Assembly (NCBI GenBank): GCA_963768655.1
Contig: CAVYIM010000003.1
Location: 256,001 to 320,000 of the forward strand
Direction of reading: 5' to 3'
Origin: an uncultured Chloroflexia bacterium
GTDB lineage: Bacteria; Chloroflexota; Limnocylindria; Limnocylindrales; CSP1-4
DNA length: 64,000 nucleotides
Shown: positions 1-9,658 of the stretch, piece after piece
Layout: each line of letters starts with the position of its first letter
Position numbering within the stretch: the stretch's first letter is position 1
Notes under the pieces: model-generated
What the model was told of the DNA's origin: nothing
What the model saw: only the letters and a program-made list of their open reading frames with translations
The model's database searches: none
Made by a program: the position numbers and the translations under genes

Positions 1-922
1 GGATCGCGGCCACGCACGCGGCCGCCACGGCCGGCGGATGGGAAGTGGAGAAGAGGAACGGCCGGGACCGCTGAATCAGCATGTCGCGCAGGGCCTGGCT
101 CCCGGCGACGTAGCCGCCCAGCACGCCCAGCGCCTTGCTCAACGTCCCGACCTGGATGTGGACCCGGCCGTGGAGGCCGAAATGATCCACCGTCCCGCGG
201 CCGTTCTTGCCGAGCACGCCCGAGGCATGGGCGTCGTCGACCATGACCGCGGCGCCGAACTCCTCGGCCGCGGCGACGATCTCGGGCAGCGGCGCGATGT
301 CGCCATCCATGCTGAACACGCCGTCGGTCACGACGAGGATCAGGCGATACGGCGCCCCGTCCGCATCCGCGCGGCCCTTCGCCCGGGCCTCGCGCAGCAG
401 CTCGCGCAGGGCCGCCGTGTCCTTGTGCGGGAAGACGACGCGCGGCGCCTTGCTCATGCGCATGCCGTCGATGATCGAGGCGTGGTTGAGCGCGTCCGAG
501 ACGATCAGGTCCTGCTCGCCGGCCACGACCGGGATCACGCCCGAGTTGGCAGTGAAGCCCGACTGGAACGTCAGGACCGCCTCCGTGTGCTTGAACTCGG
601 CCAGCTCCGTCTCGAGGCGCTCGTGGATGGTCATGTTGCCGGCGATCGTCCGGACCGCGCCGGACCCGGTGCCGAAGTCGCGCGTCGCCTCGATTGCGGC
701 CTGCTTCAGCTTGGAGTGCGTGGCGAGGCCCAGGTAGTTGTTCGAGGAGAGGCTGATCAGCTCCTTGCCGTCGACCACGACCTCCGCCGCCTGGGGCGAG
801 CTCAGCACCCGCATCGGCCGGTAGAGGTTCTGGCGCTTCAGCTCCTCGATCTCGTCGGCGAGAAAGCCGAGTGGGTCTGACTTCGGGCCGCCCGCGGTCG
901 CCTTCGAACTCTCGGTTGTCAT
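1..922 (-). CDS. kbl: Glycine C-acetyltransferase (2-amino-3-ketobutyrate CoA ligase), AONS/KBL PLP family; runs off the window start
   Basis: Hand translation of the minus strand from ATG 922: MTTESS...[10 protein letters not shown]...[10 protein letters not shown]...[12 protein letters not shown]...GTLSKALG (PLP lysine motif). Lies directly downstream of tdh. The + ORF 38..880 is its antisense shadow. Confidence 0.9.
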   Translation of the reverse strand, partial: MTTESSKATAGGPKSDPLGFLADEIEELKRQNLYRPMRVLSSPQAAEVVVDGKELISLSSNNYLGLATHSKLKQAAIEATRDFGTGSGAVRTIAGNMTIHERLETELAEFKHTEAVLTFQSGFTANSGVIPVVAGEQDLIVSDALNHASIIDGMRMSKAPRVVFPHKDTAALRELLREARAKGRADADGAPYRLILVVTDGVFSMDGDIAPLPEIVAAAEEFGAAVMVDDAHASGVLGKNGRGTVDHFGLHGRVHIQVGTLSKALGVLGGYVAGSQALRDMLIQRSRPFLFSTSHPPAVAAACVAAI

Positions 923-926
923 CGAA

Positions 927-2030
927 TCAAGCCTCCTGCGGCAGGAGAACCACCTTGCCCGCGACGCCCTCAGCGAGAAGTTCGAAGGCGTCGGCAAAGC
1001 GGCTGAGCGGGAGCCTGTCGGTGATGATCGGCTCGACGTCTAGCCCCTCGCGCAGCAGCGCCGCGGTCTTGTACCAGGTCCGCCACAGCTCGCGGCCCGT
1101 GATGCCGTAGACCCGGACGCCGCGGAAGATGATGTCGTCGTTCAGGTTCAGCGTGACGGGCCGCGACGGCAGGCCGAGCAGCGAGACTCGGCCGCCGTTC
1201 GTGCACACCTCGAAGGCCTGGTGGATCGCCGACTCGGCGCCGCTCATCTCCAGCACTACGTCCACGCCGGTGCCGCCGGTCTCACGCCGGATCTCGGCCA
1301 CGACGTCGCCGGTTGCGTCGAGGACGCAGTCCGAGCCCATGCGCGCGGCCATCTCGCGCCGGTGCGGCATCACGTCCGTGGCGAAGACCCGCGACGCGCC
1401 GGCGAAGCGGCAGATCGCCACCGCCATCAGCCCGATCGGCCCGCAGCCCAATACCGCGACGCTGGACGTGGTGATGTCCTCCACGAACGTGGCGAAGACG
1501 GCGTTGCCCATGGGCTCCTGGAGGGCGGCGATTTCGGGGGTCAGCCCCTCGGAGGGCCAGGCGTTGCGCTCGGGCAGGCACATGTACTCGGCGAAGGCGC
1601 CGTCGGCGTCCACACCCAGGATTCGAAGGTTGGCGCAGACGTGCTCGCGGCCGGTCCGGCACTGGTAGCACGTCCAGTCGACGAGATGCGTCTCGGCCGC
1701 GACTCTCGTGCCGAGTGGCACCGCGCCGGTGCCGGGGCCGTGGGCCACCACCCGGCCCGCCATTTCGTGGCCGAAGATGCGCGGCAGGTACTTTCCGAGC
1801 CGGCTCTGGGCCCACGGATCCCAGCGGTAGATGTGGAGGTCGGTGCCGCAGAGGGAGACGGCCTCCAGGCGGATCAGCACCTCCCCGGGGCCGGGGCGGG
1901 GGACGGGCACCTCGCGCAGCTCCGCGCCTTCTTCGGGCCGGGCCTTCACGAGCGCCCGCATCGTCCTTGGGATGCGGAGATCGATCGAAGTGGCGGCGGC
2001 GATCGCGGCGGTGGAGCCGGGTTCGCTCAT
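927..2030 (-). CDS. tdh: L-threonine 3-dehydrogenase (Zn-dependent MDR)
   Basis: C-terminal part of ORF 927..3620: CGTDLH, GHEMAG, structural Zn cysteines, GCGPIG NAD motif. Adjacent to kbl. Start ATG 2030 overlaps the upstream stop. Confidence 0.92.
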   Translation of the reverse strand: MSEPGSTAAIAAATSIDLRIPRTMRALVKARPEEGAELREVPVPRPGPGEVLIRLEAVSLCGTDLHIYRWDPWAQSRLGKYLPRIFGHEMAGRVVAHGPGTGAVPLGTRVAAETHLVDWTCYQCRTGREHVCANLRILGVDADGAFAEYMCLPERNAWPSEGLTPEIAALQEPMGNAVFATFVEDITTSSVAVLGCGPIGLMAVAICRFAGASRVFATDVMPHRREMAARMGSDCVLDATGDVVAEIRRETGGTGVDVVLEMSGAESAIHQAFEVCTNGGRVSLLGLPSRPVTLNLNDDIIFRGVRVYGITGRELWRTWYKTAALLREGLDVEPIITDRLPLSRFADAFELLAEGVAGKVVLLPQEA

Positions 2031-3151
2031 TGCTTGCCACCGCCGCGGTTTCGGCCCAGGTCCGGCGCGTCTCCGCCGGGCTCGCCGGTGGCAGAGTCGC
2101 CGGCCCTCGCGGGTCGCTCGGCGATGAACCGCGCCGCCGGAGATACCTCCGGGACGTTCCCATCCGCGTCGGTGATCGGGTTGGTCAGCGCGCCGATCCG
2201 TTCGACCTCGATCCTCACCAGATCGCCTGGCTCCAGGAAGACCGGCGGCTCGCGGAAGACCCCGACGCCGCTGGGCGTGCCGGTGACGATGACGTCGCCC
2301 GGGTCGAGTGTCACTTCCTGGCTGATGATAGAGATGAGGTCGGCGACGCCGAACAACAGGTCGGATGTGTTGCCATCCTGCATCTGGAAGGAGCGGCCGG
2401 CGTCCGGGCCAGCGGCCGCGGTGCGCCAGCTTCGGACGCGGAGGCCGCGGCCGTCGCCGAGCTCGTCCGCGGTGACCAGCACCGGCCCGAGCGGCAGGAA
2501 CGTGTCCGAACTCTTGGCCCGCAGCCACTGACCGTCGCCCTTCTCGCCCGGCCGGAGCGCCTTCGCCTGGCCCTGCCAGTCGCGCGCGGTCACGTCGTTC
2601 GCGGTCGTGTACCCGGCCACGTGGTTTAGGCCGTCCGCCGGAGCGACGCGGCTCGCCCGCCGCCCGATCACGACCGCCAGCTCGGCCTCGAGGTCGAGGG
2701 CATGGGTGCCGCCCGGTCGCCGGATAGGTTCGCCGTCGGCGGTCACTGCGTTGGCGAACATCGAGAACAGGACCGGCCGAACCGGCGTCTCGAGCCCCTG
2801 CTCGCGGATGTGGTCCAGGTAGTTGTAGCCGACCCCGATCACCTTGCCGGGGCGCGGGATCGGCGCCCTCATCCGGACCTCCGTTGGCGAGAGCGAGGCG
2901 GCCTCGAGCAGGTTCTGGTTCGCCTGCGCGAGCGCCTGACGAATCCGGCCGAAGTCGGGGTCGCGGGCGATGATCTCCGCCAGCGCCATACGGCCGAAGT
3001 TGGCGTCCAGCTTCGGCGTGATGTGCGCGAGCGCGCTGAGAGGCACGAGGCGGGCGCTGTCCAGGACCACGGCCACCCGATCGTCCGGCGTCCGATGATC
3101 CGGAGCCCCGGCCTCGCCCCCAGCCTCGGGATGGAACGTCACCAGTCGCAT
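2027..3151 (-). CDS. Fumarylacetoacetate hydrolase (FAH) family protein
   Basis: MRLVTF start after GGAGG; motifs GKVIGVGYNYLDH, LDLEAELAVVIG, NDVTARDWQ, GDVIVTGTPSGVG. Confidence 0.9.
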   Translation of the reverse strand: MRLVTFHPEAGGEAGAPDHRTPDDRVAVVLDSARLVPLSALAHITPKLDANFGRMALAEIIARDPDFGRIRQALAQANQNLLEAASLSPTEVRMRAPIPRPGKVIGVGYNYLDHIREQGLETPVRPVLFSMFANAVTADGEPIRRPGGTHALDLEAELAVVIGRRASRVAPADGLNHVAGYTTANDVTARDWQGQAKALRPGEKGDGQWLRAKSSDTFLPLGPVLVTADELGDGRGLRVRSWRTAAAGPDAGRSFQMQDGNTSDLLFGVADLISIISQEVTLDPGDVIVTGTPSGVGVFREPPVFLEPGDLVRIEVERIGALTNPITDADGNVPEVSPAARFIAERPARAGDSATGEPGGDAPDLGRNRGGGKQ

Positions 3152-3364
3152 GGCGGACCTCCAGCTCGGCCGTCTCAACGAATCGGAATCCCGGTCGTCG
3201 AGCGCGCGCCCATTCTCCCACGGGTGCGATGCGGGGATCTGTGGCGTGGGGCGTGGCCGTCGGACCGCGGACTCCGGCGAGGTGGGGCGGCGCGCGGCGG
3301 GGCGCGGCGCGGGGTGCGAGGTGCGAGGTGTGGGGCCGTCGGACCGCGGACCCCGGCGAACCCC

Positions 3365-3424
3365 GGCAGGGCGTGGCAGGGCGCGCCAGGGCGTGGCAGG
3401 GCGCGCCAGGGCGTGGCAGGGCGC
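3365..3424. repeat. Tandem 10-bp repeat G(G/C)CAGGGCG(T/C) x6
   Basis: Read directly from the intergenic sequence. Confidence 0.85.
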
Positions 3425-3880
3425 GGCAAGCAGGGTCGAAGTCGAGCCTGATCGGATCGGCGCACAGATCTGACTTCGAACCGGGCGCGCGACGCCGGCT
3501 GCTCGCCCGGTGAGCACATCCGACGCGAGGCCGCCGCGGACGGCACCGATGACGTCGAATCTGCTCACCCCGTGGTCCGGCCCGACGAACGGCAGCTCCC
3601 TCGGGCGGGAATCGACCCATCGCGGCCGAATCTGTTCATCCGGCTGGGCCAATTCGACAGGACAGAGCGAGCCTCGGCTGCTGCCGCGTCCTACATGCTC
3701 ACCGGGTGAGCAGTCGCGATGCAAATCTTGCCGTCCGGTCGAATCGGCCCAGCCGGTTGGACAGGATCGACCGCTGCCGGCCCGCGCGGACGTCCCCGCG
3801 CGCCGCCCGCGCCCGCCCCGCGCCCGGCCGCAACGTTTGACAGCGGCTCAGCCCGCGTCTAGCGTGCCGAGCGCCGGCGC

Positions 3881-3948
3881 ACGAGACGGACGAGCGCCGC
3901 GATACGGCCGGGCGCCACGAGACGGCCGGGCGCCACGAGACGGCCGGC
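3881..3948. repeat. Tandem ~18-bp repeat (CGAGACGGCCGGGCGCCA-like) x~4 upstream of the LacI gene
   Basis: Read directly from sequence. Confidence 0.75.
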
Positions 3949-3986
3949 GCAGATTCCGGGCCCAAGAGATCTGTGGAGGACGCGTG

Positions 3987-5096
3987 GTGGCGAGGACGAG
4001 GCGAGCCCGCATCGCCGATGTGGCTCTCGAAGCCGGCGTCTCCAAGACCGCCGTTTCTTTCGCCTTCAACAGCCCGGAGCGTCTCAGCTCCGCGACAGCC
4101 GCCCGGATCCGTGAAGTGGCGGACGCTCTCGGCTACCGGCCCCATCCCGTGGCCCGGATGCTGACCCAGAAGAACACCATGACCATCGGCCTGCTCACCC
4201 CGCAGGTCCTCTCCGTCGTCTTCGCCAATCCGTTCTACGCCACGCTGTGCGGGGGAGTGGCCGCCGTCACCGACCAGGCCGGGTACGGGCTGCTCTTCGT
4301 GTCGCCGCTCCACGGGTCGCTGGTGCGGGCCCTCGGCCGGGCCGCCGTCGAGGGTTTCGTGGCCGTCGGCCTCTCCGAGGACCACCCCGAGGTCGAGCAG
4401 ATTCGCCGCGCCGGCGTCCCGATGGTCCTCGTCGACGGCGATGCCTTCCCGGAGCACGGCTCGGTCGAGTCGAACGACGAGGTTGGCGCCCGGGCCGCGG
4501 CCCGCCATCTCCTCGGCCTCGGCCACCGCGAGTTCGTGATCGTCGGCATCGAGCCGCCGAACATGCCCGACCTCTTCGAGTACGCCCCGGGCCCCACCGA
4601 GACCGTCGCGTCGCGCCGGTTGACTGGCTACCGCCAGGGTCTCGAACTCGGCGGCATCCTGGTCGCCGACGAGCGAGTCGTCGTCGGGCCGGCGACGTTC
4701 GACGGCGGAGTGGCCGCCTTCCGCCGCATCTGGGAGGACGAGCTGCGGCCCACGGCTGTCCTGGCGATGAGCGACATCATGGCGATCGGCGTGATCTGGG
4801 CCGCGCGGGAGGTCGGCCTGCGCGTGCCCGAGGACCTGAGCGTCGTCGGCTTCGACGACCTGGACGTCGCGTCCCACGCCAGCCCGCCGCTGACCACCGT
4901 GCACCAGCCGATCCGCCAGAAGGGCGAGGAGTCGGCCAAACTGCTGCTGCGGATGATCGCCAGTCCTGACGCCGAGCGACCCGAGCACCGGGTCCTGGAG
5001 ACGCGGCTGATCATTCGCGCCTCGACCGCCCCGGCGCCTGGGCCGGAGCGCGCTCCGGCGCCTGGCCCATCCGGGCGCAGCCGGCGGGAAGACTGA
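3987..5096 (+). CDS. LacI-family transcriptional regulator
   Basis: HTH RIADVALEAGVSKTAVSFAFN; C-terminal VPEDLSVVGFDD...PPLTTVHQP; GGAGG at 3975-3979 before GTG. Confidence 0.93.
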   Translation: MARTRRARIADVALEAGVSKTAVSFAFNSPERLSSATAARIREVADALGYRPHPVARMLTQKNTMTIGLLTPQVLSVVFANPFYATLCGGVAAVTDQAGYGLLFVSPLHGSLVRALGRAAVEGFVAVGLSEDHPEVEQIRRAGVPMVLVDGDAFPEHGSVESNDEVGARAAARHLLGLGHREFVIVGIEPPNMPDLFEYAPGPTETVASRRLTGYRQGLELGGILVADERVVVGPATFDGGVAAFRRIWEDELRPTAVLAMSDIMAIGVIWAAREVGLRVPEDLSVVGFDDLDVASHASPPLTTVHQPIRQKGEESAKLLLRMIASPDAERPEHRVLETRLIIRASTAPAPGPERAPAPGPSGRSRRED

Positions 5097-5097
5097 G

Positions 5098-6816
5098 TTG
5101 GCCGCTGCCAGGCCCGCCTCGGGCCTCGACTGGGTCCGCGACGCCGTCTTCTACCAGATCTTCGTCGACCGCTTCGCCGCCAGCGCCCGCGTCCCCAAAC
5201 CCGGGGCGATGGAACCGTGGGATGCCCCGCCTACGACGCACGGCTTCAAGGGCGGCGACCTGCTCGGCATCGCGGAGCATCTGGACGACCTCCAGACTCT
5301 CGGCGTGACCGCGCTCTACCTCACGCCGGTCTTCGCCTCCGCCTCGAACCACCGCTACCACACCTTCGACTATGAGAACGTGGATCCGCTCCTGGGCGGC
5401 AACGCGGCCCTCCGCGAACTGCTGGACGAGGCCCACGCCCGCGGTATGCGCGTCATCCTCGACGGCGTCTTCAACCACGCCAGCCGCGGCTTCTGGCCGT
5501 TCCACCACATCCTGGAGAACGGCACTCACTCGCCCTACCGCGACTGGTTCCACCTGGACGCCGACGTCCTGGCCGGCCGCCGCGGCCTGACGGCCTACCC
5601 GGGCCACGCCGACCGCCACGCCAGCCTCGGCTACCGGGCCTGGTGGGACCTGCCGGCGCTGCCCAAGCTGAACCACTCCAACCCGGCCGTGCGCGAGTAC
5701 ATCTACGGCGTCGCCGAGCGTTGGCTCCGCTTCGGCATCGACGGCTGGCGGCTGGACGTGCCGGCGGAGATCGAGGAGCCCGGCTTCTGGGAGGAGTTCC
5801 GGCGCCGCTCTCTGGCGGTCAACCCCGAGGCGTATCTGGTCGGCGAGATCTGGAATCCGGCCCCGGAATGGCTGATCGGTGGGGCACGCAGCGCGCCGCC
5901 GAGCGACCCCGCCGAGCCGCCGAGCGACCCCGCCGAGCCGCCGAGCGACCCCGCCGAGCCGCCGAGCGGGCGCGCCGCGGGCCGCTTCCACGGCCTCATG
6001 AACTACCCGCTGGCCGAGGCGATCCTCTCGTTCGTCGGCGCGGGCCGCCTCGACGCGGAGCTGGTCTCGAAGACCCACGAGTACGCCCGGCACGTCCGCC
6101 CGATCGACGGACCGGAGTTCGGACGCCAGCTCGAGGGAGTCATGACGACCTACGAGCCGGCGGTCAGCCAGCTCCAGCTGAACCTGCTCGACAGCCACGA
6201 CACGCCACGCTTCCTCTCTCTGGCGGGCGGCGACCGGTCGGCGCTGCGCCTTGCGACGCTGATCCAGATGACGCTCCCCGGCGCGCCGTGCATCTACTAC
6301 GGCGACGAGATCGGCCTCGAAGGGCGCGAAGATCCGGACTGCCGGCGCTCCTACCCCTGGGATCAGGCGCGGCAGGACAGCCGGTTTCGTGCTTTCATCG
6401 CCGGCCTGATCGCGCTGCGAGCGTCCGAGCCTGCGCTGCGGCGCGGACGCTTTCGGGCGCTGGAGGCCGAAGGGTCGGCCGTCGTCTACGCGCTCGACTT
6501 CGAAGATTTCGAGGACGGCGAAGGTAAAAGCTCGCGCGGTGCCCGGGGTTCGGACGTCGGCCGCCCGACTGCCGGCCGCCCGGTCGAGAGCCGCCCGGTC
6601 GGCCGTTCGATCATCGTCGCCGTCAACGCCGCCGACGTCCCCAATCGAATCCGTTTCCGGGCCCCGTGCCCGACAGGATTCCGAGTGGAGCAGGTAAGCT
6701 GGCCCGGCAACGAATGGACCGCCGCCACGGTCCCGACGACGCTCCACGACGAGATCCTCGAAATTGGCATGGAGGCTCGGACTGGAGTGATTCTCAGAAC
6801 CGGCCCGAACCTCTAG
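5098..6816 (+). CDS. GH13 alpha-glycosidase (neopullulanase/cyclomaltodextrinase type)
   Basis: FYQIFVDRF, LDGVFNH, DGWRLDV, YLVGEIW, LLDSHDTPR, IYYGDEIG. Confidence 0.93.
   Translation: MAAARPASGLDWVRDAVFYQIFVDRFAASARVPKPGAMEPWDAPPTTHGFKGGDLLGIAEHLDDLQTLGVTALYLTPVFASASNHRYHTFDYENVDPLLGGNAALRELLDEAHARGMRVILDGVFNHASRGFWPFHHILENGTHSPYRDWFHLDADVLAGRRGLTAYPGHADRHASLGYRAWWDLPALPKLNHSNPAVREYIYGVAERWLRFGIDGWRLDVPAEIEEPGFWEEFRRRSLAVNPEAYLVGEIWNPAPEWLIGGARSAPPSDPAEPPSDPAEPPSDPAEPPSGRAAGRFHGLMNYPLAEAILSFVGAGRLDAELVSKTHEYARHVRPIDGPEFGRQLEGVMTTYEPAVSQLQLNLLDSHDTPRFLSLAGGDRSALRLATLIQMTLPGAPCIYYGDEIGLEGREDPDCRRSYPWDQARQDSRFRAFIAGLIALRASEPALRRGRFRALEAEGSAVVYALDFEDFEDGEGKSSRGARGSDVGRPTAGRPVESRPVGRSIIVAVNAADVPNRIRFRAPCPTGFRVEQVSWPGNEWTAATVPTTLHDEILEIGMEARTGVILRTGPNL
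5895..5968 (+). repeat. In-frame 21-bp tandem repeat (PPSDPAE x3.5) inside the GH13 gene
   Basis: GCCGCCGAGCGACCCCGCCGA repeated three times plus a partial copy. Confidence 0.9.
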
Positions 6817-6837
6817 GAGGATCGGACAGGAGGCTCG

Positions 6838-7620
6838 ATGCCTGATCTCTCGATCGCGCTGCCGTCCGGCGCGTTGGAGGAAGCCTTCCTCCGGATCGTG
6901 GATCCGGAAGGCAAGCTGCCCGCGGCTCTCGAGGCGCTCGGTCCCGTCATCGATCGCGACGTCGTAGTCCTGGATTGCGGCCACGGATTCCGCGCCCGCC
7001 AGCTGGCCGACATGGGCGCCCGAGTGGCCGCGTTCGAGTTCCCGCTGGCCGGCGCCGCCTCGGAGGAGCTCGCCGGCTGGGTCGGCCGAGCGGATGCCGT
7101 TGTCGTCCCGTGGTCGGAGATGGCCGCCCCCGGCTCGCGGTTCATCGCCGAAGCGGGCACCCTGCTGCGGCCCGGCGGCCGGCTCCTCGTCATCCACGAC
7201 TACGGCCGCGACGACGTGTGGCGTCTGCTGCCGGAGCTCCGTGAGCGCGACGTGGCGTGGAGTCAGCGCCGCGGCCCGTTCCTGGGCGATGGGTTCCGGA
7301 TTCGCGTCATCCACTGCTGGTGGGCCTTCGAGTCGATGGACCAGGCCCACGAGCTGTTGAGCGCTGCCTTCGGTTCGGTCGGCGCGGAGACGGCCGAGGG
7401 GATGAAGCGGCTGCGCCTCGAGTACTCTGTCGCGATCTACCACCGCTCGGCGCCGGGCGGCCTTGTGGGCGATGGGCGCGTCGCGGCCGAGGCGGACGCT
7501 GCAGGCGCGGCCGACACGGCGGGCGCGGCCGGGGCCGATGGAGCCGCCGGGGCCGATGGAGCCGCCGGGGCAGATGGCGCCGCCGCTGCGGTCGGCCTGG
7601 TACCCTCGCTGGCACGATGA
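6838..7620 (+). CDS. SAM-dependent methyltransferase-like protein
   Basis: VVVLDCGHG motif-I-like segment and LLRPGGRLLV; AGGAGG RBS; AAGADG repeat tail. Confidence 0.6.
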   Translation: MPDLSIALPSGALEEAFLRIVDPEGKLPAALEALGPVIDRDVVVLDCGHGFRARQLADMGARVAAFEFPLAGAASEELAGWVGRADAVVVPWSEMAAPGSRFIAEAGTLLRPGGRLLVIHDYGRDDVWRLLPELRERDVAWSQRRGPFLGDGFRIRVIHCWWAFESMDQAHELLSAAFGSVGAETAEGMKRLRLEYSVAIYHRSAPGGLVGDGRVAAEADAAGAADTAGAAGADGAAGADGAAGADGAAAAVGLVPSLAR

Positions 7621-8330
7621 CAGAAGACGGAGTCGGGGCCGGCGGATTGCCGGGTGTTCCCGAGCCGGGCGACTCGCAGCAGCCCGACGTCGCACCGAAT
7701 GCCACTCGGTGGCAGCCCACCGACTGGCTGGCGCCCGCGCCGGCAGTCGAACCCGCGGCACCGGCCGAGCCCGCGCCGGCAGTCGAGCCCGCGCCGGCAG
7801 CCGAACCCGCGGCACCGGCCGAGCCCGAGCCGGCGCCTTTCGGGTCGCCCGCGGCAGTGGTCGCGCCCGCCGAGCCGCTTTCGCCCGCGCCCCTCGCCGA
7901 CGCGACCAGCTCCGACGGCTCGGTAGCCGATGAACCCCTCGCCAAAGAGCGGCCAGAGGACGCCGAGCCGCACGAGACGCGTCCGAGACTCTCGCTCGCC
8001 GAATACCTCGACTCTCTGGCCGAGCGTCTCCGGAGGACGCCGCCGGCGCTCGTCATCCTCACACTCGCCACGGTGGGCTCGACCGGGTTCCTCGCCTACG
8101 AGCTGGCGAGCCGGACCGCCCCGATTGCGCTCCTGAGCTCCGCCGCGGCCGTGACGGGTTTGTGCTACGTCGCAACGACGATCGTCTGCGCCCTCGCCGC
8201 CTACCGGGCTGGTTCCGAGGGCCGCACCTGGCGAGCACTCCTCCTGGCGTTCATCGGCGGCAGTGCTGCGATCGTCGCGGCCATGTCCTTCGCCGCCGGC
8301 CTCGTGCTGGTCCTCGCGCTCGGCTTGTAG
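7617..8330 (+). CDS. Hypothetical membrane protein (Pro/Ala-rich N-terminus, 3 TM)
   Basis: ATGA overlap with the previous stop; three hydrophobic C-terminal helices. Confidence 0.7.
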   Translation: MTEDGVGAGGLPGVPEPGDSQQPDVAPNATRWQPTDWLAPAPAVEPAAPAEPAPAVEPAPAAEPAAPAEPEPAPFGSPAAVVAPAEPLSPAPLADATSSDGSVADEPLAKERPEDAEPHETRPRLSLAEYLDSLAERLRRTPPALVILTLATVGSTGFLAYELASRTAPIALLSSAAAVTGLCYVATTIVCALAAYRAGSEGRTWRALLLAFIGGSAAIVAAMSFAAGLVLVLALGL

Positions 8331-8683
8331 ACCCACCTTCTCTCCGGCCGGTCCGTCGCCCAGGTCCCGATACCCCGCATCGCCGCGCCTGCCGCTATCC
8401 CCTAACACGCATCGGGTGAGTACTGAGCATCGCGTCCGCTCACGGGCTTTGGCCGTGCCGCCAAGGATTGCCGCTGCGGCCTCCAGATGAGGCAATTCGG
8501 GCCCGCCAGTGCACGCCCGGACCCATTTGGGCCCGCTGCCTCCCCGAAACTCAGCCCGTCCCGCCCCGAGCCGGCCCACACTCCCACTTTGTACTCGCGC
8601 CATGCGTATTGAGGAGGAACGTCAGCGGCGCTTCACCGTTGCCCGCGCCTCCCCGGCTCCCGCCCCGCGCTCGCCGCCTCCCC

Positions 8684-8692
8684 TGCTACACT
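8684..8692 (+). promoter_or_regulatory. Extended -10 element (TGnTACACT) upstream of the tRNA
   Basis: TGCTACACT lies 14 nt before the tRNA 5' end. Confidence 0.5.
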
Positions 8693-8706
8693 CCCGTTCG
8701 CGCCGC

Positions 8707-8783
8707 GCCCCCATCGTCTAGAGGCCTAGGACACGACCCTTTCAAGGTTGAGATCAGCGGTTCGAATCCGCTTGGGGGTACCA
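8707..8783 (+). tRNA. tRNA-Glu (anticodon TTC)
   Basis: Acceptor GCCCCCA/TGGGGGT; anticodon stem CGACC/GGTTG with loop CT-TTC-AA; T-loop GGTTCGAATCC; encoded CCA. Confidence 0.97.
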
Positions 8784-8834
8784 AGCCCGCGCTCGGCGCA
8801 TCGACCCTGGATCTGCCCCTTCCTGCCCGCGCGT

Positions 8835-8983
8835 CCTTCAGCGTGAGATCAGGGCTCCAAGCCCGGTGACGTTGCCGATCTCGACGCGCCGGGGCTCTCC
8901 GTGGGGACACGGGCACCCCAGGCAGGCTCTCCATCGCCCTGGCGTAGTACGCGAGCCCGCAGAACGAGCCCCTTGGGGCACCA
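8835..8983. other. Decayed att-like sites: a tRNA-like left half joined to a right arm (8835-8894), and a shortened left arm joined to a tRNA-3'-like end (8931-8983)
   Basis: TGAGATCAG-N10-CC has the same spacing as in the tRNA and is followed by N12-GATCTCGACGCG. Then GGCGTAGTACGCGAG...CCCCTTGGGGCACCA. Confidence 0.55.
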
Positions 8984-9041
8984 GCCGCAGATTCGACGCA
9001 CTACACTCGCAACTCTCGGAGCCTGGAGGGAGGGAACGTCG

Positions 9042-9482
9042 ATGGCCCGGCTCGTGTTCGTGGTCCTGATCGCGATCAGTCTCGCTGGGTGCGGCAGTAG
9101 TGGAGTGCCGACCCGCACTCCCTACCCGCTGCCGTCTGGAGCGCTTGCTGTCGCCCTGCCGACGCAGCCGCCCGCCACGACCCCTATTCCATCGGGCGGT
9201 TTTGCGTGTCCGCTCGTTGGCCCCGACCACGTCGCAGTCGTCTGGGACAGGGCGGCACACGCGATCTCGTTCACCTTCGATCTCTGGGGCGAGAACGCAC
9301 AGGCGACGACGATCCTCTGGCCGCGCGGCTTCTCCGCCCGCGAGTACAAAGGACGGCTTGAACTCGTGGCGCCTGACGGCTCGGTCGTCGCCCGCGACGG
9401 CGAGGCCGTCCCGAACGTGATCGGCGACGACCCAGCACACGTTTGCATGGTCGATGGCGTGCTGTACCAACCGGCGGGCTGA
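9042..9482 (+). CDS. Putative lipoprotein, copy 1
   Basis: GGAGGG RBS; MARLVFVVLIAISLAGC lipobox; WPRGFSA...LVAPDGSVVARDGE. Confidence 0.8.
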   Translation: MARLVFVVLIAISLAGCGSSGVPTRTPYPLPSGALAVALPTQPPATTPIPSGGFACPLVGPDHVAVVWDRAAHAISFTFDLWGENAQATTILWPRGFSAREYKGRLELVAPDGSVVARDGEAVPNVIGDDPAHVCMVDGVLYQPAG

Positions 9483-9536
9483 GAGGGCAAGGCGCACTGC
9501 CGGGGCAGCAACTGGACTGCCTCACGAAGGCAGCGC

Positions 9537-9628
9537 CATCGCCTGCGCATAGAAGATGAGCGCGCCGCTACACGTTGGTGGGTGCACCCTCAAGCCCATG
9601 GTGTCCCCTGATCTCGGCGCGACGGGGT
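9537..9628. other. Complete recurring att-like site (left arm | CC | right arm)
   Basis: GTTGGTGGGTGCACCCTCAAGC-CC-ATGGTGTCCCCT-GATCTCGGCGCGACG is almost identical to 34137-34188. Confidence 0.8.
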
Positions 9629-9658
9629 CGTCTGCCCCGAACACCTGGCCGGTCAGAG

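Larger units (their letters stand above)
8768..9502 (+). repeat. ~735-bp direct repeat copy 1 (tRNA 3' end plus lipoprotein gene); copy 2 at 10472-11209
   Basis: Near-identical from CCGCTTGGGGGTACCA to GCACTGCCG; only a few substitutions and two small indels seen. Confidence 0.95.

Noticed and set aside
38-880. 280-aa plus-strand ORF and other long antisense ORFs (e.g. 5011-7815, 26104-27828, 61417-63024)
   Set aside because: These are antisense shadows of real genes in high-GC DNA and carry no recognisable motifs.
2031-3620. Apparent 897-aa tdh fusion and N-terminal extensions of the FAH and LacI ORFs
   Set aside because: The extensions are stop-free GC-rich frames; better starts with RBS or gene overlaps exist.
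9537-9628. Recurring site as a classical integron attC
   Set aside because: No RYYYAAC/GTTRRRY ends, no consistent long hairpin and no intI; it is reported as a different att-like site.
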